Below the pieces are notes generated by a model. The model was not told the origin of the DNA. It made no database searches and was given only the letters and a program-made list of their open reading frames with translations. Below are positions 1 to 14,459 of a DNA stretch of 64,000 nt, one piece after another (position 1 is the stretch's first letter; every line of letters starts with the position of its first letter). Source of the DNA: Sphagnum compactum (Eukaryota); NCBI GenBank assembly GCA_965153455.1, contig OZ234493.1, positions 7,120,213 through 7,184,212 on the forward strand, in the 5' to 3' direction. The translations under genes were made by a program, and so were the position numbers.

Positions 1-3000
1 CAAAATTTCTCATAATGACATTTACATCTAGAAAACCTAATTGAAAATGAAGTTGTATAGAATGTGTTTTCCTTTTTTTGTAATTTGATATTCTCTTTCC
101 AACCTCCTTCTCATTGGGAATTAGTAGACTATTTTTGGTTTTCCAACCTCTATTTACTTTGGAATGAATGAATAATTTTCACCCTCCAACCACATTCTCC
201 CAACATGGAATGAGTGGACATCGCCCCTCCAACATGATTATTTGTTAATTGGATGGAAAATTTTATTTGTTTATTCTTTTAAGATCACCATTTTTTTTTG
301 GAATTCATAAAATTTGATTTTCTTTTCCCATTTCAACTTTCTCTTTTAAAATGGGTGGACCTACCTTTGCATAAATCATCTTCATGAAGAATTAAGAACA
401 CATGTTCATTGTTAATTCATGTATGCACCTCAAGTGATCTCATCTTTTAATGTCATTTCACTTTGAAATATTTCTTGACCATCATGTATTCATGATAACA
501 ATTGACGTTTTAATTCCCAACTATTTTATTATGATGGAAAAGTCCAAAATGTTTTGACCTATTTCCTTCCCTATCCTTTCACAATAACAATATTTATTAA
601 ATGAGTATAATCAAATTCATTCCTCCTAATAAAAATCTAGGTGAATACATGATTGGCCTTATAACTAATTATACCACATCATCATCATTTCCAACTTCAT
701 GGGCTAAATGGCAAAGGTTTAACAACTCATGAGTTGCCAATCCACATGTATTTCACAATTCAATGTGTAGTCAAAATGATAGTTATAAAACCCAAATTTT
801 ATTGTAGTGCTATTAAAGTTTTTGTTTCATTTGTCAATAAAATCTTTTAGAAGGATTCATATTTTAATTAAGGACAATTTCTTTCTTCTACAACTAAAAT
901 ACTAAAAATAAATCACAATTATTGGTTCAGGATTTCCATGCATTTAGCCACAAAATTGTTATTTACTAATTGGGAAGCCATGACTTTCACAAGTGTGGGA
1001 TGGTGAAGAAACATTTCAAAATTGTGAAAATAAAATGGCACGGTCAAATTAAATCAATTTAGGTATGCATGAATTAAATTGAGCATTATTTAACTCCTCA
1101 TGAACCTTGGTAAAACAAGTCACCAAATGCACATGGTGCCCAAAAAGTATAGTTTAGGATGCCCTCATTAGTGTAAACATGTAATGGTATGCATGGCATT
1201 TTTATTTATCCATCTATTTTAGGGTTGGTTTGGGGGTTGGACTTTCCAAATGTTTAAGGTGAAACTTGTGTTCACACCATTTAATTTGAATTATGTTGCC
1301 ATTCAAGTTAACATTAATCTTGTTGATGTTTCTATGTGTTCCCAAATGGATATAAGGTAAGGAGTTTGATTTGTAAGCTTTGGAAAGGGGGGAAAATGTT
1401 CATCCACTCCAAGAGAAGGCATGATTGTAAGGAGAAAGGTAGGTTTGACATAGGCCTTTGGAGGAAAGGAAAAAGTAGCCTCATCTGCCAAAGGAGACAA
1501 AGTTTGGGAACAAAATTTTAAAAAATAATTCTAGCTAACATAAACCCATTGCAAAGGAGAAAAAGGTTGGCAAGCAAACACTTAGGTTTGTAAGGGGGAA
1601 GGGAGGTCTTTAGGTAGGTACAAAATCTTCACACAAATAGACAAGTTCTTAGTTTAAAAAACACATAAATGTATGGAATTTAAAATTAAAACAATTAATG
1701 ATATTATTGTGCAAAATATTATGGTTGTGCAAGTAAAACTTCTTTCCAAATTCTTACACCTTTATATAGAAAGTTATAGTGTGTTTGGGGTACATCGACT
1801 TTTCATTTTAATGGTTCTGATTATTCATACCATGAAAGTTGTTGCATTGGAACTCAAGAAATTCCTTCATGTTCCTTATTTGATGTTTTTTCTAGACCAT
1901 TAATTTATGCACCACATTGGACTTGAAACACTTCTAAAGATTTTGAAATTTCTTAAATGTTTAAAGGGGGTTTTCTTTGTATATTTTATGAAACATTTGA
2001 AATAAAAAGGTAATTTTTGGTATGTTATGAAATAATTAAATAGTGAAGGAATATTTTATTAAAATTGAATGTATTTTAGGTTATTTTTTAATGAGTTATT
2101 TTACATTTATATAAAATATTTTTTATTTTTAATGAATTAGTTACATGCTAATTGTTTTGCACATTGTTTGGGAAAAAAATGGAAGTGACCTCCCTAGGCC
2201 TAAATTTTTTTTTCTTTAACATTCAATTTTCTAATCTATTTTATGCATCAAATTAGATTTGGATATATCATATGCTATTCATAATGGTGACAAGTGAATG
2301 TTATTTCTTTTGGAAATTTAGGTAAATTTAGGTTTCCCAAAGTTTAAATAAACATGCTTTTGGATTTTTCTGAAAAGGATTGACCTTTTGTCATTTTCAT
2401 CTTATTATTATCATTTCCATGTATCCATTTATAACCTACATATATTTAATTGGGCCTTTGTGTTCAATATTTGAGTTTTTTATGAACATATTGATGATAA
2501 GCTTGATTACTTACTTCTTCACCTAGCTTGTTGTTTCCATTGGTTTATATTTTAGGACCTATCTATCTTCCCTAATTGGCTATTGTCGTAGGTTTGAAAT
2601 TGATGTAACATTTTGAATTTTAGATTACAAACCTTAACGTTTTTGAAAAATGATGCAAGATGTTATATGATTTGTTAAGAATTTTATTATTGGCTTGTGA
2701 GAGAAGAAACATGGAGAAACATTTCATCTGCATGTTCTTTGCCTTTAGAATATTGAGTTGAGTTTTATGCCACCAAACCTTCTAGTATCATAGATATCAT
2801 GAGTCTTAATGCATTACTAAAAGAGATATGAAAAGGTGAATAAAGGGCATCCTTACTTCAAGTTAACATAAAAAATCACAAATCTAAAAGTTAAAAGCAT
2901 CATGATTTGTCACAAACTAATGCACCTTGGAAATTTTGGCTAATATATAAAAATTTACAATCTAATAAGGTATTTTAGCCCATGCACATGCAAATTGAGT

Positions 3001-4475
3001 AGACATTAACCAAGTTTTATATAACATATTTATGCTTACATATAATGCACACTTACTAATTGACAATGCAACTAAGACCATTGTCACATAATTGACATTA
3101 GGATTTTGTGTTGCATCAATGAAGAAAGTCAAGAAGACCTAAATATGATGCTCAAAACAATGTGCATCAAGAGTATCAACGAACACTCATGATCTCTTTT
3201 ATACAACAGGGCACCATATTAGAAAAAGCCAATGTAAGAAAATTGTTTGTTTCCATCCTTTTGAAGTTTTGTTGTTAGGTTTGTTTTTTCAGGTTTTTAT
3301 TTATTTATTTATGGTTATGCACATGTTAGTCAAGTTTGGACATAAAGAGAGGAAACTTTCAATTTTTTAAAGATTGATTCTATAAACTTGTATGGGAATA
3401 GACTATTATTTTTTGACTCTCAAAGTGGACATCCAATGTTTAAGAGTTATTTCCTCTTACAAGTTTGTATAAATACAAAACTACAATCCTACAATATCAT
3501 GAGTTGTGTTGATCATGTAGCCAATATTGGTACCAAACTTAGATTTGTAAAAAAATCAGTATTGAAGTACTCATATATATATGTGTGTGTGTGTATGTTG
3601 CACTTGGGCACCTTCTCTTGATAAGGATTAAGAACCATTGTTGTACCAACTTGGGCTTCGCGTTGTTGTGCATTATTAGAGATGGTCAACTTTTTTTTTT
3701 TCTCTTGTCTTCTTATGTTCTCATATGGTTTCCAATAGTTCATCATTATTTATATCAATGTCAAAATCAAATTTAAATTAATATAAATTATTGTGGACAT
3801 GAAAAGGCACATGTTAATTTGTCTTTTCATATTCATGTTGGTGGTAGAGAAAAGGAGTGAGATAGTTATTTAAATTTTTTTAAAGAAAGGTGCTAGTTAT
3901 TAGCAAAGAATGAAATAATTAAGCTTGAAATTGAGATAGTTGTCTCTAGAATTGTGTAGGGATGACCATACAAAGGATTATATAAAATCTCCCATGTACT
4001 CGTTCTTCAAGATTTTTCGTCAACATATTAGTGTAGTACCATACTGCAATTCATGGGTAGCTTCAACACATGTGTCCAATTGGGTGAGGTCCTAAATGAG
4101 TAGATGAGGAAGCATCTGATGCACCAGACAATTATACAGTCGTTGAATTCAGTTCTGGTTCCAAGTATTGAATTGGGATCTTGTGCAGTCCATTTCTAGG
4201 AGAGTTAAATTTGTACAGCAGGGATCTGTTTCTCATAGTTCAGGAACAGGAATGCCATGTTAAGAACCAATGAAATGTACATACAAATATGTAACATAAT
4301 CTCACAAACATACTCATAGAGTCTACCTTGCATACCACAGCCTTTTGGTCATAAACTTCAAGCTTTCAGAAAATGCAGGAAGACAGATTTGTGAGCAATT
4401 TGGACTTGGTGATAGTTGAAGTACTACTAAAATTGATTCATGCTGTGAGTACACCTGAAGCCCACTGAGAATTTA

Positions 4476-7400
4476 TCATGAGGTAGAATTGACCAAGCTG
4501 TTGCTTGGGCAAATGGGGAGATCTGTGGGAGGTGCCGAAAGCGTCTGGTTGGGCCCACTTCCCTCTCTCACCAGAAATGCCATCTCCATCCCCCAACTAA
4601 TGTGAATCTCAATGTGACAATGCAAGAGCCAAACCCCTGCATCACAGAGTTAAGGAATACACAATGTGTGAATATTAAAAGTGCAATATGGATCAGCCAA
4701 CCCAGTTCAAAGATTTGAACAGATGAAGCTTGAAATGTTGGATTGCTAAGAAATTTCAAGGTTTAGGCACAGGTTTTACAGTCTAATATTGGCAAACTTT
4801 GCAAGGCATACATGCTACTGTTCCTCTATGATTTGGGAATTGGCAGTTCAGGAAGAGGTGTATGTGCAAAATGGTAGACCATACACCTCTTGATCCTGGA
4901 CTGTAAATTTCCAAACAATGTACCTATGAGCTCCGAAGTTGCAACAATTGCTTCATGTGCAGTAAGTTAGCCTAAGAACAAGAAAACCAACCAGGATTGT
5001 CAGCTTGGAATCGAATGGCCACCCAACCACCAGCTGGCACTGCATATGTGTTGCGGAAGGGTGGGTTGATGACATTGAAAGTCGCAGGAGAGGAGTCTGG
5101 GTCATAGTTGCCATATCCTCTCCCCACTACAAAGAAGCTGTACCCATGAAGATGGAAAGGGTGCATCTCAAACATCAATATGCTTGTGTCTTGCAAGACT
5201 AACTGCCATATTTACAGAGTGCACATGTTAGAGATCTAGGGAAAAAACTGTCAATCCCCAAGATGACAATATTGCTGGTAATGGAATGCTCTCAATGATT
5301 GTAGCAGACAGTGCATTGCTAAACACAATTTTCCGGTTACTGACCAATTGATCATGACAAAGGCCATTCCAGGAGTTGGGCTACATTTTTATTCTTGGCA
5401 CATAAAGTTCTTTGCCGACACCAAGGCCAAGCAAAGCATCTAAGTATGTTCAATGTCCAAATTATGGGTAGGAAGAGATCACCTGGACACTTGAATTGAA
5501 GTCTATAACACTGAGCTTTGTTCCAGATCCAGGAGCTGGATTCAAGTTTGAACTGTCGCCTGTATAGTTGAAGGGATTCAGAGGCCGATCTGGGAAAGTT
5601 AAATCAAGGCTTGAATTGAGCACATTCAGGCCATGATCATATAAATAAGCTAGCTCCAGCAGACTCCTGTGCGTGTTATTGGGCTGCACAAATGAGATGT
5701 TGCTTACAGAAGCCATGATTCTATCACCATCAAAACCATCACAAATTGGTTGGGGTGGACAGCTATCTGAGCTACCAAGCCCATAACCTACAGTGAATAA
5801 CAAATCTCTGTCGATTGTTTGTGGTACAGTCAGTGTCTGGTCACTTGTATTTACACAATGCACTAAGCTCTCAAAGTAGTCCACATATGCAGCATCATTT
5901 GCAGCTGGAAATGTAGGCATGTTGATTGTCTGTACATGTGAGCTTGCACTGTATGTGAAAAGTGCAGTTGCAGGAGTTAAGGGGTAAGGCACCTGCAAGA
6001 AAGTGGTGGTCAAAATTTTTGTAAGTCCTTTCTCGGGTCTTTTGTAGGTCCAAGTTATCTGCAGTGAGAAAGGCGAGGTCTATGTTGGAACTTGTGTTTG
6101 ACAAGTGAGTAGATTATAACATGGTGTCACTCAAATGATATGGGCTACTGCTTCCGTCTTGGCTCAGGTGGATAGACCAGTGTTTATTGGGGCAAATTGG
6201 CAATCCCCTTCTTTGCCCAAGAGCTCCAGTCCCCTGGGGCCTACACAACAAACCCATAGTCTCCAGCTAAATTTGGAGAGGGTAGAAGGCATCATGGTGT
6301 AGGACTTGGGAGCTTACTGTGGAATAGGGGGCCACAGAGAAGGGAGTAGCTGCCATGTAAAACTTCCCAGAAGTGTGGTTTGCTGTGACAAGAACATCCA
6401 CTGACTGGCCTGGTTGCACAATCACAACATCCACCGTAAAGGGTTGGACATAGCCAGAGTCGGTCCGCACCAGTACAAGTGAGTGGTTTGCAAGTGCAAA
6501 ATAGAGCCCAAAATTCATGCATGAATTCACAATGTGGACCAGGTAGGTGTATCCTGGTGTAGCCTTCACTTTGAGAGCATCTGCATAAAATATGTCCACG
6601 GTTTGTCAGTTCAGAGCACATCAATTATACATGTGCCAACAAGTATACATGTGGCTGCATGTGCATCTTCATGCTAGGGCTCTGGTATCCTTCCCAGAGG
6701 TTGGACCTTTCCAGCTACCCAAAAAAAAAAAACATGTGCATTCTCTAAGCCAAATTCCTGGAAGACACATGGAACCCCAACACTCCTGCAGTATGTACAG
6801 CTGGTTGATGACCTAGTGAAGAACCCCATCAGATTTTCTCCCCATCAGAGCTGGAATTGTATGATGTCCAGTGGTGAAGGTGTGAATTGAGTGATGCCCA
6901 GACCTTCACAATTTGCACAGGATTGACAGTGGGCTACCTACAAGTGCAGGAGTTACAGAGTAAACTGTAACCCTAGTACCTGCTGAGGAGAAGTTGTACA
7001 AGTAGCCAGGGTGACCATTAATGGTAAGGGCATCTGAAATCCTGTAGGCACCGCCTGTAGCCAGAGCATCAGTCACAACCTGCTCCACATCGGCATTCCA
7101 CCATTCTCCTGAAAATCCATGTGACCCACAGTCACAAATTGTCTCAAGGTTCAGAACTCTCAGATTAACCTTGATCTCATCAACTCTCAGGCTGGCATTC
7201 AGAAACTGGTTATGTACACATCCTAGACCTAATCCCATTTTTAATGTTCTAAACTCCTGCATGGGGTAAAGCTCAACTTATAAATATGCTAGAACTTTGC
7301 ATACTGAAGTGGGAAAGGATCTCAGTGACAGAGCAAATGGTTAGAAGTTCTTGAACGGATTTGGAGCCCTCAGTTTCTAGACATTGCTCATGGTGAAATG

Positions 7401-8912
7401 ATGATGTGTTTGTGAACGGAATGAACTCAGGGGGCCAACCAAGTATAGCTGTGAGTTCTCGTTGAGCCCTGGGAAATGGGTACCAGGGCGGAGCATCATT
7501 CATACGGTGCTTCCGACGGTAGACAATGATAGCTCCATGCAGAGATGCACGTTGCCAGGAGGTGTGCGCATGCCACCAGAGAGTGCCTGTTTGGTTCACT
7601 ACCCTAAACCTGCAGTTCAAGATCATATGAGAAAACAGTCAAGTCTAGGCCTACAGTGCAAGAGTGCAAACCAAAAGAAGCATCATCATTACTGGGTAGT
7701 ACTTAGATTACAAATCTCAGAAGCTGCTGCAACAACCACCGACCGATGTGGGACGCGATATTCACAACTGCGGCCCACAACCTAAACCCTAAACCCTGCA
7801 CCTGTGTGTATAGGATTGATTCTGTTGAATGGGACACTGCGTTATGTATGGCACTCCATCTGCCCAGCCTGTCCGTAGCTGCCGCACACCATGCCTGCAT
7901 CCATCATGATTGAATAAACTTCAAGGATGTCATGTGCCAGGACCGGCACCACTGTGAACATGACTTCTGATCAGCGGGTTCAGGAGGAAGAACAAATAGC
8001 TAGCTGCAGCAGCAGCGACAGTTTCTCCATGTCTCATTTTTTTTTTCCGGAAGATTGTAACCAGCACATTGATCAAGTGGAGAATCTTGAGCTGATTACA
8101 ACTACAATATGGTTGTCATGAATCACACTCTCAGCAAACAAAAGAAATATTGCGTGGGGCGAGAAGAAGAGAAAAACCAACCAGTGAATGGTGACGGGAT
8201 GTGGGATCAAGTTTGTAACCGTAACAATCAACGAGTCACCCTCATGTAAGTGAAGCTTAGGCCCCGGGTACTGACCGTTCACAACGGGCATAGACTTGGT
8301 GTAATTCAACCTCGTCACGTTTGCGTAGTCCACCTGCAGCAACCAAATCCAAAGCTCATTAAGAATCATTCCCAACTTCAGAAGATATTAATAGAATCCC
8401 AGTCTTACTCTTGAATATGCTACAGCTTCTCAGATATTCTCAGATCATGAATAATTTCATACTGACCAGAGCTCTGCACAGAGTCAAGAACTGCAGATGG
8501 GCATGATGCTCAAGAGCCTGAGATCAAGTGCAGTAAACAATATTACAAGTTCTATTGTCCCAGCATCATGATTTGCACGTCCTGCAGGGAGAATTATAGG
8601 GTATTGCAGGGAGTATTTAATAGTCTGAGCAGTTGGGTAAAGGGGATACAGATGTGTGTGTGTGTGTGTGTGTGTACATACCCGGAAATCATAGATTCGA
8701 GTAGTGGTACCTGGATCATTGGCTGCTGCAATTCGACTGCATGCAGAGCAGGAACAAAGAACTGTGACAAATAATAGATAACAGTACAAATGCACCTGAT
8801 CAATGAACATTGCAGCAGCATCAGGCGGAGGTTCAATTAGATGTCTGCAGGAGTCTAAATCTTCTTCTTCTGGATGCAACTCTCTTGTTGTTGTTGTTGT
8901 TGTAGGACCCAT
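4476..8912 (-). CDS. LAC: Laccase (multicopper oxidase), 9 exons, apparently intact
   Basis: GT-AG exons join in frame: 8912-8682, 8333-8182, 7894-7802, 7609-7440, 7108-6980, 6580-6318, 5992-5483, 5202-4992, 4636-4476. All four Cu-binding motifs are present: [30 protein letters not shown]-terminus PPTDLPIC. A signal-peptide-like stretch follows a second ATG at 8810. Confidence 0.95.
8654..8675. repeat. (TG)n microsatellite in laccase intron 1
   Basis: Visible dinucleotide run. Confidence 0.9.
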
Positions 8913-10016
8913 GATGAGTTTTCAATGTCCACTCTATCTATCTATCTATGTATCACTAAAAAGAGAAACAAAAACAGAGATGAGCAATGGATTAATTATG
9001 CAATTAACCCAAGATGGATTATGTCATGTGGAGGCTGAATCTTGTGATCTGCTTCGGGAACTCATGTGCTGTGTTTGAACAATTTCGAATTTTGAAATTG
9101 GGAAATTGACGTGCCAGAGGCTGAGCGTAGCAGCGAGCGAGAGGCACTGCATGAGAGACGCACACCGGACGACTCCCACACGAGAGGCCGGCCAGGCCTA
9201 AGGTGTGCCTGTACTTCCGACCGCCTCGTGATCTACGACGTGTGATTCATGCATTTAATTTTTTAAAAATCAAATTTTAAATGCTTTTATGTAGCTTATT
9301 AATTTAAAAATTCAGGTTTAATGTGACTAATTTAATTATTTTTATTTTAAAAACAGTGAAAAAATCTCCCTTTAAACATCACAAAAATTTCATGTTGTTA
9401 TTGACTTTCTGAAAATAAAATTTGCCAAGTTGCAAACCCTTGAGCATTATTAACCCATGCATTAACACCATGTGTGGTGGTGTTTAGTTGTTTGCTTGGA
9501 CATTTCTTATTATGGTTTAAATACAATCAAAACATAACATGATAATAATTAAATCTAAAATCCTTTTAAAATAAAAAAAATAAACTTCATGTAGATTGTG
9601 ATTTTATCATTCAAATTTTATTAAATTTTTATATCAGTTTTGGTGTTGAGGGCTTTGTTAAAGAAATATGGAAACTTACCATTCAAAAAATACTTTGGTG
9701 CACTCAATCACTTTTCACTACATGCCCATCCACCAACTCTGGCAGCCTTAGAATTTGGGCTCTTGCGCTGCTCTCCTGATGACATACAACACTTGCTACA
9801 CAAAAAGGTTCCTTACAAACCTTGTGCACACAGTACTTGATTTCAGAGTAATCCATGTGAAGAGTATCTTTCTGCATTTCTCCTACAAGCAATGTTAGAC
9901 TGTGGACCATGATGCCATCTCAAGTGGGTCTAGGGTTTAGGGTTTAGATACACATGAAAAATTAGACAAACCTCAGTAAGAATCTTATTTGCCTTTGTCA
10001 ACTTCGTAGTTTGCTA

Positions 10017-12873
10017 TTAGACCTTGTGTTGCTGTGTGGAACTGTACTCAATGGATATATCCTCACTGCTATCATTGGCTGAACTGCTGGAGTTACCCAG
10101 TGGGACAGGCAGGGGAGGTTGGGTGATTAGATTACTCCTTATACTCCCACTTTTCACACTGCTTGCCACCCATGACAAGCTTGAACTGCTGGAGTAACCA
10201 GGGGGCAAAGGAGGAGGACGTGTCATTATATCACTCCTTATACTCCCACTTTTGACAGACCCAGATGACAGCTGCCTTTGAAGAAGGATGTTCCATTGTA
10301 CAGTTGGTGTTCCATTAACACCCAGTCGTGAATTATGTATTGACCTTGGTACCCAACTCTTCTTTGTTCTCATTGACACAGGGTCATGTTCTCTAGCATC
10401 AATTGAAGCCTATCCATAACTGGGTGGATCAGATTCCGATTCCATGCCTGGTGTATTGGCCTCCTCCCATGCCTTTTGTGCTACTGTACTCACTGCCAAG
10501 ATGTAATTTGCTCTTGGGAGCAAATTTATGAAATTTCTGCATATTGTCAGCATTGACATGCTGTTGTGTGTCGTAATCTGAGCTCCCTTCACCAAAATGG
10601 CTAACACCGAAGTTAGAATTGTGCTCTAAAGGCTGACCTGGCTTTGAGCCTTGGTGAAAGCCAGCATTTTCTATGTCAAATTCCAGTGCTCAGACAACCT
10701 GTTCCAGGATCAAATGAAAAGTTAATTTCCAGTTGTTTTAGAGATCACCCAGTTGTGGGTAGTAGACCTTCCCACTGTACCTTTTTCCATTTTGTAATAA
10801 AGCTTCTTTTCTTTGAAAGGTTAACAATAGCAGAGAATTCTTTCCACAAATTTTGAGCAATATGTATCGTTCCTGCATGGTGGAAACATTTGGTATCATG
10901 TCTTGAGGTGGATCATTTGACTGACCTGTGACATTTTGGGGTGCATGGATGCAGTATGGAATACACAAGCAGCTGCAGCTTCAATTATACAGAAAATTTC
11001 CTTTTTGTCATAATCTTCTCCTAGTTCCAGGTCCACAAGAGGTTCCACATTATTCCTGTCTTCCAGCACAACAGTCATTAGTGGACAGGCCCACTCAACC
11101 AGGCTCTCATCCCCGATTGGCTGCCTTGTGTCGACAGGTTTGCGCCCTGTAATGCGTTCAAGCAACATAACACCAAAAGAATACACATCTGATTTTTCTG
11201 GCAGCTTCACACTTGCTGCATATTCTGGAGCTAATAGCCAAATGTTCCCATCACATGAGTCATCGCATGGGTGTTTGCATCTGGTTCCAATTTTGCAAGT
11301 CCAAAATCTGCAAACTGTGCAGACGCAGTATACACATTGAAGCCATACTTATCAGCAACCCTTCAGGACACAGTAACTTCCAATATTGATTGCCAAAGGA
11401 TCTCCTGGCTCAAAGAGAGACCACTCAAGAAAATCCTTCAAGTAAGAGATGTATCAATAACCACATTTCACATGTTCAGGTAGTGTGACAGATGGATTTG
11501 GAGACCGGGAGCCCCTTCATTCACAATATCTTCCAAATAAGTGGCCTCTGCATTGAGTAGGGGGATGAAACCTTCAGCTTGCAGCAAGATTCGCATTTGG
11601 GTTTCACATTAGCATACCTGAGCCTCGAAGTTGTTGTCAAGCAAAATGTTGGAGGCTGTGATGTCACGATGGATGATGCGGGGATGACAGTCTTCATGAA
11701 GGTATGCAAGCTCAAGTGCAGATCCAAGGGCAACTCTCGCTCTTGTGGCCCAGAATGACAACCCCTCTCTTCTTGCCTACAAAATGCCAACAAAATCCCC
11801 TATAGATCACATCAAATACCTGAACTTTTAGGGTAAAGATTGCAGTGATTTGGTCATTGTAGGGATCATAAGGATATAGTAGGATATCCCTAAAACCTAA
11901 ACCCTAAAAGCATTGGCAGTCTTACCATGAGGATGATCATCAAGGGGGCCATTGGGAACAAAGTCATACACCAAGAGTCGCTGGTTGTCGGCAATACAGT
12001 AGCCACACTTATACTAAGTGACAGTGATGAACCTGAGTGATGATTTCAACTTCAGCTCTGAATGTCACCTTGAGTTCCAGTGATGGTAAGCTGCTTCACT
12101 GTAACAGCCTGACCACTTGGCAATTTCCCTTTGTAGACATGTCCAGAACCCCCGTCTCCGAGAACATTCAAAGGGGCAAATCCATCTGTGGCTGTGTACA
12201 ACTCATCATAATTGAACCCCAGTCGTGAGTCACCTGCAGTTTGTGAGCTCATCAGGAGTTTTCCAGCAGCACTTGATCCTGCTGCTGATGCCACATTGTG
12301 GTCTGAATGTGGATTGGGTGGGGGTGCACAAGGATCAGGACCTGCCTTAAGAGCCACCACAGACGGTAACTGTTTGCCACCAATGTCACCATCCTTGCTA
12401 TTCTTCTTCATCTTCTTCTTCAAGCAACAATAGATAAAGATTGACAGAAACACAATTGCTACTAGCCCTGCTGCAGCAATTCCAATCAGCAGTAGTGTTG
12501 GAGATGAGGATGAAGATGATGATGAGGGTGAGGGTGAAACAGTTCCAGTTGTATGTGGTGTCCGGGAGGAGGTAGTGGTACCATGAGGAGCAGCATTTGG
12601 CAGGGAATATGACACATCTGAGGAGGGAGGGGAGTGTTTGGAGGCACTTACTGTACGAGTAACAGCACTTGGGACAGCAGGCAAAGAATTTACATTGTGA
12701 GGAGCAGCAGCACTCACAGCAGGAGGTACAGAAGGTGCATTAGGAGGAGTTGCAAGTAGCACAGGAGATGGCACAACAGCAGCCAGAGCTGGAGGTGAGG
12801 CTGTAACAATTTGTGGCAAAGCAACAGCCCCAGACATAGGAGGTGGACTCCCAGCTGGAGCTACACCTGACAT
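10017..12873 (-). pseudogene. PERK: PERK-like proline-rich receptor kinase pseudogene
   Basis: Pro/Ser-rich ectodomain and TM segment (LLLIGIAAAGLVAIVFLSIFIYCC), then FNYDELYTATDGF..LGDGGSGHVYKG, a frameshift near 12065, [47 protein letters not shown], and a PERK-type tail (KPGQ..SSDYDT..MQKF near 10640-10520). Further lesions are present. The 3' boundary is approximate. Confidence 0.88.
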
Positions 12874-13614
12874 GGCTCCAGATAGTCAAACACATAGGTC
12901 CCAACACCTCAAGAATGTCTTTTGGTAAATCACTGGCATCTGTCAACTCATAGCTGAGCCCAAATCTGTTAGTACCCAAATCCTTCTGTATTGAGTTTCC
13001 TTCAGATGTCTACCCCTGGCAAATGTAGAGATGGTCAACACTTCAACATGCCCCAGATGATCGAACACAAAGGAAAGCTGGCTTTTCATTCACCTGCAAG
13101 ACAAAACCAGAAGCCTCAGAATACTAAAAAAATTCAAGCAAAGTTCCTGCCCTTGATAGCATCCTTTGGCATGATCTACATTCAAAAAGCACCTGATGAA
13201 CCCTGATGAGCCCCCCCCTTTGCTTTTTGTACTGATGGTGTTTGTGAGAAATACTTGGGACCCCTGGTTCAGACATGACACTCTTGTAGTTGGTGACCAG
13301 CCACAGAAACGGATGTTTTGCCAGAAGCAGGAATATCTGATGATGGGTTTCTTTCTAATGGGTCACCTTCTCTTTTATCTTTCTTCCCTACATTTCTGGT
13401 GACAAAGAATGACTTTTCCTTTTCATAGCTACCATGACTCTGAGCTTCCAAACAAACTGCAACAAAACTGGCCCAAATGTCCATTACCCCCATCACACTC
13501 ACAAAACGCACAACAGTAAACTGACACCCAGGAAAACCCCAGCTACAAAAACTTCCCCAAATGGCTATGGAGAACTGATCTCTTGGCCATATCATGAACT
13601 TCAAATTAACAAAT

Positions 13615-13740
13615 GAAAAGCTCTCAAAGGACTTCCTGGATGCAACAAGCTCTCCAAGAACTCATCTGGATCCAACAAGCTCTCCAAGGATAAAATCTGG
13701 ATCCCCAAGCTCTCAAAGGACTCACCTGGATCCAAGAGTC
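13615..13740. repeat. ~30-bp tandem repeat, ~4 copies (AAGCTCTCCAAGGA...CTGGATCC)
   Basis: Recurring aagctctc..ctggatcc units. Confidence 0.7.
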
Positions 13741-14085
13741 TGAAGTCTTCAAAAAGAAGAAGACCCACAATCCGCATTGCTCCAGGCCTTCTCGGTACAT
13801 AGCAGTTCCAAGGTCCACAGTGCCCATGCATGCAACACCAACCTAAGTAGAGGAAAAAAAAACCCACCCAAAAATAAAAACACAAAACTCCAAAGCTCCA
13901 AAACCCTCAAAGATCAGAGCCTGAAAAAAGCATGAAGTTATACAACAATTCCACAAGCTTGTTTGCATCCCCAAAAAAAGAAACTCCCAAATTTCAAGGT
14001 TCTGAGCTTGAAGGAAAACACACACACACACAAATAGGTACACTTGCACAACTGATACCCACCAACTTGCTGGAGGAATGCATCC

Positions 14086-14294
14086 AGTTACATCCTTCAA
14101 GCTTCAAGTGAAGTACCTAACTGAACTAACTTAGTTAACAAATTACATCCGACAAGCTTCTCGTGAAGGATGTAACTTTACCAACTTAGCTAACAAGTTA
14201 CATCCTTCAAGCTTCAAGTGAAGGACCTAACTGAACTAACTTAGTTAACAAATTACATCCAACAAGCTTCTCGTGAAGGATGTAACTTTACCAA
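14086..14294. repeat. Two tandem 110-bp units, each bounded by a 14-bp inverted repeat
   Basis: AGTTACATCCTTCA...TGAAGGATGTAACT at 14086-14177 and again at 14196-14287. Confidence 0.85.
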
Positions 14295-14459
14295 GTGGTG
14301 ATGCTTTTGCTATTGACTATTGTTATGGCTGTTGGTTATTGTTGATGGCTATAGAATATTGTTATGGCTATTGATTATTGGTTTTGGGTATTGGCTATTT
14401 TCAATGGCTATTGACTATTTGTTTTGGGTATTGGCTATAGGTATTGGTTATTTTAAGAC

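Noticed and set aside
1-3900. Short ORFs in AT-rich DNA
   Set aside because: No recognisable motifs; probably highly decayed TE sequence that I cannot classify
7781-7797. Isolated CCTAAACCCTAAACCC telomeric motifs (also near 9930 and 11890)
   Set aside because: Only 2-3 units, common in such genomes; no evidence of function
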